Of a stretch of 64,000 nucleotides of DNA, positions 13,345-26,316 are shown in pieces. The notes beneath the pieces are model-generated. The model made no database searches, was not told the DNA's origin, and was given only the letters and a program-made list of their open reading frames with translations. The number at the start of each line of letters is the position of its first letter. Positions within the stretch are counted from its first letter, which is position 1. Position numbers and translations under genes: made by a program. Origin of the DNA: Lytechinus pictus (lineage: Eukaryota); NCBI RefSeq assembly GCF_037042905.1, contig NC_087251.1, forward strand, positions 35,900,001-35,964,000, read 5' to 3'.

Positions 13345-14689
13345 GTAGATATTGTGTGAGATCAGTGCATGTTTATCTCATAATATTCGGCCTTAGACCG
13401 AGAATTTAGTGTGTTACTTAAATGTATTTTCCTCGTATTGTTTCGATATACATGTTCATTGTAGAACATGGCTATAATCAGATTCAGTAATTCTACATTA
13501 TTGTGTCTGTCTGGTTTTCTCATGATAAAGAATAATTTGGAAATTGATTGATCACAGGATTGTACATGCTATGTCATTAGCATTACTTGGTCATTTAGAT
13601 ATCAAATGCTGTGAATGAGAGTAATAGTGAATAGTTTTACTTGGCATTCACATCTTGGTTTCAATAACCATGTCAGAATAACACATTCCATAATTTTTTA
13701 AGCATTATTAATTTCTTGTTGTAAATTTTCTGAATCCACTTGCTTGCACTTTATTCCTTTCTTCTCGCCATTGATCATGATCTAATGCGTATTTGCTTTG
13801 TCAATAATTGCTCGATAGACCTGCTTTATATTGATATTCCTAATCTGTTTGCCTCCTGCATTTGAATGTGCAGACATTTCAAATGCCATTTCCCCTTATT
13901 CAAAATTCCACACAGAGTTTGTTGGCTGGGCAGTGCTCAGCAAATATGCCATGCTAAATTGTAAATTTTCTAAATGGCATTCTGTTTCCAAGCACATTCA
14001 GTTTAAGTATTCATGTGCACAGTGAGTAAATAGTTCTTATTATTGCACTGGTTTTTACCCATCCCGAGTAGGAAGGGATGGGTACTGTCATGTGATGGTG
14101 AAAAATAGTCCACAAGATGGGCACAAAGCAAGAGTAGGAACAATACCAAAGAAGAATGTGAAAAGATAATCTGTTTAATTGCATTTCTTTCACCTTGTAG
14201 AGAAAAATTAGAACACTCACCATGAATTCAGAAATTAATATGTACCGGAATACATTTTAGGAGTTTTTGAAAACAGAAATATAGAATACAATATAGAGTT
14301 TGTACATATAGGTGTACTTTAGAATAATGTACTTTAAGTATGCATTAAGATATGGGGAGGAATAAAATAAATAAAATATCTGTACTTTGTTGTAGATTGA
14401 ATTTATCTAAGTGTTTATTTTTTCTTTTAATATGTTTATGTAGTCTTATTTTTGTGCTGTGATAAATTGATGTATACTCATGAGAAGGTGAAATATATTA
14501 TGAAGGAGAACATTTGTGAGAGATGTCATCAAGAAATGTGCAGACGTGCAGAAGGGTTTCGAATATTACTGTGCAAGAGCAAATTTGATACACATCTCAT
14601 CGTGCTCTGTTTTCTCCCAAATTACAAGAAATAAAAATCGTAGAAATCTCCCCATCAAATCTTTGAAAGATCAGAAATTCTTCTTGATG

Positions 14690-14991
14690 GGATCTTTGTC
14701 GGGAGTTTCGACAATTGCACGGCTGGATTGTCAGTCGTGTTTGATTATGAGCGGGAGGGCAAACAGAGTCGTCAAATTTGTCGGCGAATCGCCTCGAGGC
14801 TCTGCGGGGAACGGGAGCATGGCCCTCCATCATCAACATTGCAATTAAGGGAGGGATGCACATCGGTGTCTGGTAAGAACCTCGTTCTTAGGACATAGGG
14901 ATGGTGATCGGACAATCTCCCTCTTGTATTTACTCTTGGCAATTCTTGTAGTCTCCTTAAAGAGACTCGAGCGTGCCATCGCATTTACCAG
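14690..14991 (+). promoter_or_regulatory. Candidate alternative 5'UTR exon / CpG-rich regulatory element
   Basis: CpG-rich island with donor-like sites CTG|GTAAGA (14873) and CAG|GTACAG (14992). Confidence 0.3.
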
Positions 14992-15344
14992 GTACAGTAG
15001 TGCGGTCCCAATCTAGGCATCAGAATCAACTTAACCTCTTGACAATTCACATTTGATTTGAATTGCACACTTAAATTCTTATTTACACAGTATGTGGAAG
15101 AGCATATGTCTTGGTTTCACATTTTGGAATCTGTTCAAAAAATTATACTGATTTATCAATGGGAACCATGATTTAGACTTTCATTTTAAGTTGCTGTTAA
15201 CACAGAAGTGTGCTGTACATTAAAAAAAATGAATACATGTATACATGAACTCATATAGTAATATTATAAAGAGATTATTGTTATATTCATGAAGAAAATC
15301 AGGAGATATTATACTTTGTTACTCTACAGTCATAAGGGGTAAGC

Positions 15345-16653
15345 CAAGGCTCGACATTAGCGGTGGCCCGGTGGCCCGGGGCCACCAGAAATTCACCTCG
15401 GGCAACCATTATTGAAAAAATGTTAAGTTTTGGTGGCCCGAATCGGGCAACCAATAATTTTCAAAGTAGCGCAATTTTTCTCCCAATTTTGCACGCATTT
15501 ATCAACTTTCTACAGTTCAAATTGCAAGTCAATTCGTCATGCGCCCTTTTTGTTAATCTACACACAAATACACACACACAAAGATTGCATACAGTAAACT
15601 ATTATCCAGCCGGCTGCGCCGGCCGTCTGGCGAGAGCTTTGCATACATGAAACCACTGCATGCAGCTAGCTAGCTGTGCGCTAGCAGACTATTTAGACTC
15701 AGGGAGCTGCGATACGAAATGTTGCTGCTAAGAAATCTTCCACAGAACTTTGAAAATCTACGTCAAAGTCACATTTTACACCAATGAAATGCCCTTCTAC
15801 AGTCCATATTACTAAAATCTGGTGTAACCTGATTATTTGCAAGCATTAAAAAGAGGAATTATGACCTCTCTTTTGACTCACACCGATTTCCAAATGCATT
15901 AATGCACATAAAACACATAGGTGAGTACATCACAGTCCCACGTGTGCATTTGTATGTATGTTGATACTTTGTTTCTTTCGAAGCTGTGTCTTTTCTAGCC
16001 AAAAATAAGCAGACAGTTTCTTTCTTTCTTGTTTATAAATGACTTCTTAAACCACTCTTGAGGAAGTAAATACTTTGGGAAGGCATTTCATTGATATGAA
16101 ATGTGAATTTTTCCAGCATTTGGCAAATATACGGAAGGACTCTTCTCACACTGTTTTTTTTTCCAGATATAAATTATAACTTATGCCATTTTCTTATTTT
16201 TTTCTTTCATTTTTTTTTTATAGTGGTTAAACCATTTATACCCCTTCCCATTGAATATGCCTGATTAAAGAATATGTTTCTACTGAAAAATAATTATAAA
16301 TTTTCCCAATTTTTTATAAATTTTGTTTTATTCATTTTTCTTTTGTTTTTTTTTCCTCTAAATTTTTTCTTTTCTTTTTTTCCCTGTTCTTTGTTTTTTC
16401 TTTCTTCATTTTCTTTCTTTTGTTTTATTTCACTTATTTATTTTATTATTTTTGTTTTCTTTTTTTAATATACTTGGTGGTAGTGGCTGCAGAATTAATA
16501 TTTCAGAAGTTTGTTTTATTTATTTTAAATTAATGTTTTTCTTTATATTTTTCGGGCCACCAGACTTTAATATCGGGCCACCAAAAAAAAATCATTTGAA
16601 GGTTTTGGTGGCCCGAATGGGCCACCACCGAAAAAAGTTAATGTGGAGCCTTG
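15345..16653. mobile_element. Non-autonomous DNA transposon with 7-bp TSD (hAT- or P-like), 1.3 kb
   Basis: 15-bp TIRs CAAGGCTCGACATTA / TAATGTGGAGCCTTG (1 mismatch), TSD GGTAAGC (15338-15344, 16654-16660), subterminal GGTGGCCC/GGGCCACC repeats and a T-rich interior. Confidence 0.85.
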
Positions 16654-18679
16654 GGTAAGCTTATGTCGAACTATATTCTGGGAGTACATGTATATGCACA
16701 GGGGATATTGAATAGATTAATGGTAGTCATGGTAACCAAACTCTTGCATTTATGGCAAAAGTTACAGGGTGCCAGCAGACCTACAAGCAACCTCATGTAT
16801 GTAACGAGCATGCTGATTGGCCGATTAGCTGGCTATAGCTGCCTGCCGGGCTTGGTTGGGGAAAGTACTCTAGTGGAACTGATTGAATGTCCAGGAAGGG
16901 GGGGGGGGGGTTGGAAGGGACATTGTCATACAAAGGATATGAATGATGAAATATTGATTGAATAAGTAAGAATAAATTTGAAGAATTGTGAATGATCACA
17001 AAAAATATAAATTATTAATAAATATAAATGATTATGAGCAGCCATCAATTCTGTTCAGTTCAGAGAATAAATTTTTAATTGCACTTTTTAATGACACACA
17101 TGGATTTTCCCTTAAAAAATTGTGCTCAGTAGGAGTTAGAAAGCCAATATATTTTTTGTGTTCATTTGAATCAAGTGCACATAAATTCAGTGTATGGGCT
17201 GTTTTGCCAATGTTACAATCCAAACTACTTGTTAACTGTTTGAGTAGTAGTCAATGTACTGGACACGCATTGATCTTAAGATGAAAATATATTTACATTT
17301 TTGTATGAAAGGGAACTGAAGTTGAAGGAACTTTTTAAAATGAAATGAAATTTAGCACCTTTTTGGTCTATGGTTGGATGGTTTCTATGACCTAATGCTC
17401 ATGGGAAACACATATCCTTTCCTGTTGGCTCTCGGTGATAAACAAGTAATATTATCAATGTAGCATAAACATTAATTCAGCCAGGTGCTGCAGAGCCGGT
17501 GGGGTTAGACGGGTTAATCGCTTACACATGTGACCAGCCAGGCCGGTTTGGTTGTTTTTCCTGTTTGGTATCAACCCACCAGTTTCCTCTTAGCGAGATT
17601 TCCTGTGTCAGGAACCATTGTTGCCAGGATAAACTCTGTTAACTCATTAGAAGCACATGGAACTACACATAGAAATGTAGGCCTATAGTGAAGAGGGATA
17701 TTGTGTCAATTATGGCTTTATGCTATTCAGTTTTTTTATTGATATATAACCATGTACATTTAGTTATATGATGCTCATTTTGAATAATGATGAAATGCAG
17801 TAAACTTGGCTTAAGTTGACCTACCAGAAGTCAAATAATTACCTAAGTCAAGGCATTTTTCAGACAAGAAAATGTAAAAAGTTGTGGTTGTGCTCCCAAA
17901 ACAAAAGATGTGAATTAGACATTGATTTGTTCAAAAAAGTACAGAAATGTAGACACATTTTAAAACCAGTTTTATCTATAGAGGCATGCATGCATGAATA
18001 GAGAAATAGAGACACAAGAACAACAGGGTGTGCTATTTACTTTTCATTATTTGTAAGATACAAGTAAAAAGTGTATCGCAACCCTAACAAAATTACATCA
18101 TATGACAGGAATAGAAGTTTCTTTCAAGACATTTCTCAAGATTTCATCACAGTTGCATCCAAGGTGTTATTGTTGTGGTTATAATTCACCTGAGGATAAA
18201 ACCTTTTTTGACTTGTGTTGTCTAAATCTATAGAATAGATTTAAAAGAGATTAAAACAAGTTATAACCTGCTTCAGTTTATGGCAGTTTGTATGATTTCA
18301 TGACTTGGATTACATAAATTGAAATAGGTTGAAATAGGCTTGTTCTGCATTGAAGTGATTGTATATATGTGAGCATATTTGTTTGTTTTTGTTTGGAGAG
18401 GTTCATGCATTGTGGATAAGACACCAAAAGGTTCTTCAAGGCCTATATATATGCAAATGGTGTATACAATAATACTTCCTTAGGCTTTAAATACCTTCTT
18501 ATTGCTCTTGCTATTTTAGTGTTTCCTCTTTATAGTTTTGACCTGCCTTAGAACAAAGACATGTGGAAAATGTGCCTGTATGGGGAAGATAAGATTCATA
18601 AATCTCTTGGCTATGGCTTGCACTTGCAGTCCCATGGTTGGTAGGGTACAGCGTGTGTGTGTCCCAGATGTGAAACCAG

Positions 18680-19191
18680 CTGCTTTGTCCAATCACAGAG
18701 CGCGATACATAAACCTCTTGTCAGAGAGCAGGAGTTGGATGTGTTATGACTCACATTGAAAGCTGCTGGTACTCTTTTTCCGTTGCCCATCGGATCTACT
18801 ACTCTGACTTCAGGCAGTACTACGTATGCACCGGGCACCGCCGTCCGATCCCTGCTTCCCTAAGCCGCTAGCCAACACTGGAGGGGCCGTCCCCATGCAT
18901 GCGTCGTCGCCACTTTAGCTGTCTTCCGTTTCTCTTTCCCTTCATCGCGCATCCTTTCTCTACAGAGAGGATATCATTCATTGTCTGCTTTACGAGTGCT
19001 GAGTCAAACTGTCTATGTTGTACGCGACTTCTACGAAGGATATATTTATGCCTGCGCATGGCTGCATTTGAATGTGTTTTGTTTTCTTGATTTTCCCCAT
19101 TCTGGATTTTTACTAAGGAATACTTTCACTATTTTCTGGATTCTTGTAAAAACTTCTGAAGCTGTCAATCATGGTTCACACTAATACAGTG
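18680..19191 (+). promoter_or_regulatory. Candidate promoter and non-coding first exon of foxN2/3
   Basis: CCAAT at 18689, TGACTCA at 18747, pyrimidine initiator-like CTCTTTTTCC at 18772-18781, then a CpG-rich stretch ending at a consensus donor GTG|GTGAGT at 19192, after which the sequence is AT-rich. Confidence 0.55.
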
Positions 19192-21291
19192 GTGAGTGCC
19201 CTTTTACTTCAAGGAATACTGAAGAATGTCGGCCCTAATTGCAGAGTTTGAAGATTAATTCATATCATACAGGCTCGGATATTTAATTGAAACTTTCCTC
19301 TCTTTCACATGGACCTATAAGTTTAATTAATTTCATGTAATGTACATTTACATCCAAATGCTATAAACTATTTCTAACGTGTGTATGTCTTATTCTCATT
19401 GTGTGGTACATATACACCTACTTCATTAGGAAAACATTATATTTCTCTATCATGAATATATATATATATAAGGAAGAGAAATATGATGTTTAGCATTTCT
19501 GAACCTTCCTGATAAATTCCCTCCCTATAAGATTTGAACAGCACCTGGTGCAAAAGTACAGAACCAACAGCAGCAGTTACCATCATAACCAATTGTTTGT
19601 TTCTTATCATTGAACCAAAGATGTATTGGATTTAGGTTGATAGAAAGGTTTTATATTTATCACTGTTAGCCATATCAGTGATTGCCATATGGTTGAATCT
19701 CATGGGTATTATTGTGAATTTAAATTACCAATCCATCGCCCATTGCAAGTTGATATATTTTCTACTGGGACGGTGTGTTATCTGCAAATGAACAGAATAA
19801 AAATGCACAAGTTGCTCAGCGGTGAATGTGTCATTGTACAGTATATATGGGTATAAATGTATTTCAGAATGATTTCATTTTTGTATTGCTTGTCGTGATA
19901 TTGAAGTGCAGCACATTCCTTAATACATCACGCTCTTGACAGTCCCTAGAAACACTTCATGTACAAATACTATCTAATAATTAAATTCTAAACTTATCCC
20001 AACACAGTCTTGGTCAAGACAGTTTTCAGATAGATGAAAGGCCTGATTTTTTTTGTCTTGAATATTATGAAAAACTGCCAGAACAACAGGTATTAATTTC
20101 ACCTATAAAAGAGGAGATGAACTCCTTAAAAAGCAAACATTGTATTGTTTGGAAAGAAAATTTTGATGTAAATCAATAGCACAAAAGGCAACATTGCCAA
20201 AATATTAATAATCTCTATCATCTGAATTTTGTATTTGATGTTATGAAAACAAAAAATATAATTTTTCATATGTTTGACTCATGTTTTTATATCCCTTTGT
20301 TTAAAGCTTAAGGTTTTATTTGTGGGAAAGATTAGATCAGAACTATCTGCTAATGAAGATCCAGATTACCTTGCCTTGATTGATTTATATTAAGCAGTGA
20401 AATTGTCTGCACTTGATTAAATCCAACCCAGCAGGAGAAAAGTAAACCCCAAATGAAAGATGACTACCTCCATCCCAAATCTAGATGCATTCATTTCCTG
20501 CTTCTTTCATTACTGAAAACAATTTACATCTTCTTGCATAAATTGCTTGTGGTATAAGCTTGATGTATGGATGCGGCTGAAGGAGCTTATTCTTACGCCC
20601 GATTGTTTTGTGAAGTAATTGGTAGAAACCCTCGCCGTGACGTGATCACAAAGTTGCTGCGGAATGAACACAAGAAAGTGATTTATTTCATGATGTAGGA
20701 GGCGTAATTTGTGCTGGCAATTTGTGGTTATTTATGGCTACATTCTTCACAGACAAATTGACCATGCATGGATGTATTTTCAAAATGCATTCCCCCTATA
20801 AATTGTGTCAAACTTTGACTGGAAGAAAAACAAATGATAGAAGAGGATTACCCAAATACCATTTTTTTTCTTAAATTGAAATGTTGAAGTTCATTTAAAT
20901 GTGAATGAGGAAGTCAAACAGCTTTTTAAGAAACAAAATGATTGCAATTTCAGTTATTTCAAAGCAAGAAACATTGGAATAGCATTTTTATTTGAAAATA
21001 TGAAAATGTGTCCTAGCTTATATACAAAGTGTTAACTTTTGAAATACATTATTTTACAACCAATGTTATCTATGATTTTAAAACAATTGTGAAATGAATT
21101 TACTTAATCAATAACTGTTTATATCATTTTTATTTACCGTGTGCTAAAGCCAGGGTGAATAATAGAAGGGTCCACTTGGAGAACAGTTTTCGGAACTGTA
21201 GTGGCTAACCTGGGTAAATGTGCCGTTATTATCATGATTATTAATAATGCATTGCGCTCGTATGAATTACTCATGTGTGCACCAAAGAGAA

Positions 21292-21492
21292 CAGTGGCGT
21301 ACGCAGGATTTTTGAAAGGGGGAGGGGTTTCAAACTGGTCTTCACCATAAATTTTAGGTTGTTTCCCCAAACAAAAATTTGACAAAAAAAGGTCTTCAAC
21401 ATTTTTTTAGAGGGGGGGGGGGGGGGGGTTGGGTATCCAAAATATTTAAGGGGGGTTTGAACATCTGTGACCCTCCCCCTGCATACCCAATG
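21292..21492. mobile_element. hAT-type poly-G MITE
   Basis: Termini CAGTGGCGTACGC / GCATACCCAATG, perfect 8-bp TSD AAAGAGAA (21284-21291, 21493-21500), internal poly-G tracts. Confidence 0.85.
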
Positions 21493-22866
21493 AAAGAGAA
21501 TCAAGTCAAAATAACAAAATCTTCAAACTTTGCATCATGTTTTAAGAATTTTGTGGGTGTTGTCTGTGTGATGGGGAGTGTGAATCATTTATTTGAACAC
21601 ATAAGAAATGCAAAATCATTCTCAGATCCCGGAATGATTAATTTTAAGATATAATCTCCTTGTGTAACAATCTTATATTATGATCTAGTTGGCGATGATG
21701 TGTTAAGAACATGCATTCTTAGGAGATGGAGGCTAATGATTAACTGCTTGAATGATGCAGTAAAATGTACTTCTTCATCATAGTAAATAAATAAATCTCC
21801 GATTTCCTTTAGATGATATGAATTAATGATGTACACCTAGGGGATTAAATTATGAACAAAAGGGTTTAGACACTGTATTTCATGTGAATTCTGATGGACA
21901 GATATCAGTTCAAACAATCTCTGGTACTCTTTAAGTTCAAATTAATTGCCCAATATCTAAATGCAGTGCTCTACCTGTGTGTAAGGACACAATAGTTGTT
22001 TGCTTTTAGCCATTCTTTGTCATCCTTATGAATCAGACTGGTATGTTTGTTTTTAATTAAAGTATCGTCCATCAGGATAAATGGTTAAACATCATTAGAA
22101 GACAATTATTCCAACTATAATTGTTGGATCATCCTTATCCCCAACTAATACACAAATACTTGTCTCATTTTCAGACATCTGATGATCGATCATTTAACCC
22201 ATTCCCCATTTTCTCTTGTAATACCGATGAAAGCCATTTTAAATTAGACTTAGACATCTTTAAGTAAAACTACATGTAGATCACTGTTTTTTATAATAAA
22301 GTATAGTAATAAATTCATTGTTTTATTCTCTCCGATTCTTCGTCTTCATTTTCATTGGTTTATCAACAACCATCCTTGCGCTATGATAAGGATTAACTTT
22401 AAGTCTCAAAGATTTTAATTAAAATTTTTTAGCTTTATATTTAAATAAATTCAAATAAAAAAGGTTTGGAATTTAGAGTGTACTCATGCTATTCTAAGGC
22501 AAAGTTTAGTGCAAGTCTTTTAAAGTTAAAAGTTAATAAATAAAAAGTTCATATGAGATCATGATGTATAGGCCTACTAGTTCAAATCACCTCTGGAATA
22601 AGGAAAACATAATGTAAAAGATACATTTTACCGTGAAATGAGTTTATATTGAAATTGAGGAAGAAACTCCATTGGGTAATTCGTCATCTCCAGTCAAGTC
22701 TAGCCTTTTATCCATCTCCTTTTATTGTCCCTGTATGTCCTCAATTGGGTTTAATAGGGCCTATTAGTGATGAAGTAATTGATAGGGTGTGTGAAGAGCA
22801 AGGACAACAGATTAGCTCATCTAGCTTACACAACCTATTAGTTCACCTTTCTGCTGGAGGATCATT

Positions 22867-23305
22867 GACACCGTTCTCACTACCTTCCTAAAACTAGTTT
22901 ACTGGAAACCAATTTAACATGTAATGAGAACGGTCAGAGCGATCTTCCGAACCGGTTCATAAAACCACCTCGCGATGTAGTCTTCAAGATCGCTTTGCCT
23001 CGTTAAACTGGTTGTAACGCAAGTGAGGACACAACCGTTCTTCGGGAAGCAATCTTTGAACATTTTGAATGCGCTATTCCATACACGTGTGTAGAATGCC
23101 TACGCTGCGGTTTCGAATTTTGCGCGAAACGTGTCACCCCGCTGAGAGCATTCCCATAGCAACAAGATCGCTTTATGTAAAGTGATTTTGAAAACCACTT
23201 TAGTGTGATCAAGTGGGAACACTAGCAAAGCGATCATCCAAACTGGTTTCCTGAACTGGTATCGAGTAAATTAGTTTTAGAAAGTGTAATGAGAACGACG
23301 GTGTC
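22867..23305. mobile_element. MITE, PIF/Harbinger-like
   Basis: About 50-bp imperfect TIRs starting GACACCGTTCTCACTA / TAATGAGAACGACGGTGTC, with a 3-bp TSD ATT on both sides. Confidence 0.75.
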
Positions 23306-24239
23306 ATTCTCACCCCCCCCCCCCCCCTTCAGACAGTTCAATTGCTCTTTCCACTGCTTGGATAAACCTTTGGGTACACATTGAGCCCTTCCCTGTGGTG
23401 TCTTCTCTTGTCTGCAGCGTTTCTATCTATCCAGAAGGAAGCTGCTTCGATGATCAAAAAGATTGTCCGAGGAGGGGAGGCAGAAAATACATGGAGGAGC
23501 AAAGGCCAGTTTATCTCTAAAATGTTTTTGAAAATGACCCTCACAAGATGAAAAAAAAGCACCAACCCCATGGATACTTGGTTTAATAATATGTGTTATT
23601 CGGGCATGAACAGGAGTGAAAAAAATGCCCCTGCCCCCATCCCTTCTCATAGAAGTATTTTGTTTATTACTCCATGGCATTTTATTTTATTTTTGCTGAT
23701 TATAATGAGCGATAATGAGCCCCTGCCCATTGTACTTGGTTGCTAAGGCATTAGTCTATGTATGTTTTAAGGATGTCTGTATATCTGTCATTCTAGTCTT
23801 CATTCTCAAAACTTTTCTCATAACCTTTTTTGCATAGCTTTTTCTGAGATTCAGGTTGGGCAGTTCATGGACAGGTAATCTCTATACTTGACTACATCAA
23901 GGACAGAACAGCTCATCATTTTTCTTTTTCTTCTAAATTTTGTTCAGATCAGTGCTCCTGAATTAGTGGCGTATAATCGTGATCATTTCTCTTCCCTTTA
24001 TATTCTGGCCGATCATGGTTCTGCTCATATCTTTGTCATGAGGCCTGGGAAAATTTGGGAAATTTGTAAACAGCCCAGTTTCTAAAAACACCACATTGAT
24101 TCAGTCACACTGAATAAATCAACTACAGACTGACAAAAAGTATCGGTATACTATGTTATTACTAATGAAAGACCAACGGTCGGTTTTGGAGTCGGTTTCC
24201 TTCGTGGGACTGATAAACATTTACAATGTATATCAATGT

Positions 24240-24528
24240 GGGTGCGTCGTGGTCTAGTGGTTCTGACTCTCGCCTTTCAAACAGAGGGTTGTGGGTTCGA
24301 ATCCTAGCCATGGCGTGTTTTCCTTCTGTATGAAATTTATCCACACTGCTGCACTCGACCCAGGTGAGGTAAATGGTATACCGGCAGGAAGTAATTCCTG
24401 AAAAAGCTGTGCGCACCAAAATCGGTAGACTACATGTAGCTTAGCCAGGTAATATAGGAGCGCCTTGAGCACCTAGCAAGGTGGATACGTGCGCTATACA
24501 AATCCTATATTATTATTATTATTATTAT
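24240..24528 (+). mobile_element. tRNA-derived SINE
   Basis: Pol III A box TGGTCTAGTGG (24250) and B box GGTTCGAATCC (24294), central core CACTCGACCCAGGTG..AAATGGTA, LINE-like 3' end GCGCTATACAAAT followed by an (ATT)n tail. Confidence 0.9.
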
Positions 24529-25429
24529 GTAGCTGCCTGCATATTGCCTGAACAATTTTTAAGTTAATTTTAAGATATCTTTTGCTTCAAATCTCACTAT
24601 AAAAACACATTTATTTTTTTGTATGTTGTTTTTACCTTGTAATTATAAGGGCCAAAATTATGAGTTAGCTTTGAGTTATGAAATCACAAGAGAAGCTTGA
24701 GTTTGCTCATACAGTGTGAAGAGAACTCTAGTGTCATCTTTAAAAAAAAATGGGATAAAGATTGAATAGTAAATATTTCTGATACAAAAAAAACCTTGTT
24801 TTGAAGTATCTATTTGGAAAGATATTTGTAAAGATCACACATTCCTGAGTGAAAAGGAATGATAATGCATCTAAATAGTTAGAGAGATGATGTCGTGCAA
24901 AGGACTAAAGGAGGAATTGAGTCATTGAAAATGTACTATGATACATTTATTCGAGAATTTTATACATCCAAAATAAAAGGTTTGTTAATGATCATTTGGA
25001 ACTTCACCAACTATGTTTCATTTGTTTGGATGTTGCCCCTGACAACCAGAGGAATTCAAAGGAAGAATGTTTTCTTCTCAAGCAATTTAGATACCAAACT
25101 ATTATTGAAGATGAAGAAGAGAATGGGGAATAAGCAAGCTTCCTGCCATACTTTACTGGTATTGTGATTTATAAGAATGCCATATTCAACAAATCATGAA
25201 AACATTGAGATATTAACAAAAGCATTTGTTAATAGTCAGATGGGATTATTGAAGCTTGTGGATTTAAGTAGAGATTCAGATTCTATGGGAATATTTCTTG
25301 GCATTGCATTGATCACAAAAAAGCTTGTCTCTCTCTTTTCTCCCCAACAATTTGTATTTCAGCATATCAAAGTAAATAGTCTTGTATTGTCGCCGTCATT
25401 AACCCCTCATTGTGGAGAATTCTATTTTT

Positions 25430-26316
25430 GACAAATTTCGGTGGAGCTCCGACCTGTATTGAATAAAGCCAAGTTTATTATGAAGTTTGTTAGCCACCCA
25501 CGAGTGCCTTTATCCAATAAGAGTTGGAATTCGATTAGAATATAACTGTTCGTTCTTGCTGAAATTGCCTTTTCGGTTAGAGGACGGATCTTTGTGTCGG
25601 GCTTGTTCAAGCAGAAGAACCAGATTGGCTATGAAAGGATTATCCGATCCATTCAATGCTCATGATTTGGTGAAATACATATTTACTATTTCACTTTGGA
25701 ATGCTTGTGGGTGTGTCGGAGGATATGTATGCGGTTACACGGTGTTTTAATTTCTGTCTCTATCGAAAATTAAAATCTGTATCATAAATGAGCTATTCTG
25801 TAAATATTTGCTAAGTTTTCTGTCTATAGCTCGTTATTTAAAGTTTAATATTTTCAATTTTGATGCTTGTGCTAACCCCCCCCCCCCCTGCAAAAACTCT
25901 GAACTGTTAGGAAAGTGCAAAATTTGTAACAAATCAAATCGTATTTTCAAAGTGTCTCAATTATTAAAAACCGTCTTTGACATCAATATTTTTAGAATTT
26001 TAGATGGCTCTCGATTCCCCAGATTTTGAATTTTTGAATTTTTTTTTCCATGTGAAATTCAAGTTTCAGACTATGGAAAATGTGTTTGTTATCAAGTGAT
26101 TCATTTCAGAGATATTCAAAGCTTGACAAATATAGTGTTACAGTTTATTATTTTTTTGGAAGAAGCTATTCCAAGTTCACGGTCCAAAGATTCATGTTCC
26201 AGTTTCAGTGGGGAATCTTTAGAAAGGACTCTTTGTTGTTGGTCGTCCGTCATCATGGGGACGATTGCTTACGAGAGTAACTGTGGATATCTCGATATGT
26301 TTTCTTGTGGATACTG
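25430..26316 (+). promoter_or_regulatory. Candidate proximal alternative promoter / 5'UTR exon
   Basis: CpG-enriched segment with CCAAT (25514) and ATTGG boxes, ending at donor-like CTG|GTAATA (26317). Confidence 0.3.

Noticed and set aside
16270..16470. Phe-rich membrane-like ORF
   Set aside because: T-rich low-complexity interior of the 15345-16653 transposon.
24240..24315. tRNA gene (also 55231-55305)
   Set aside because: A/B boxes continue into a SINE core and tail, with no clean cloverleaf or poly-T terminator.
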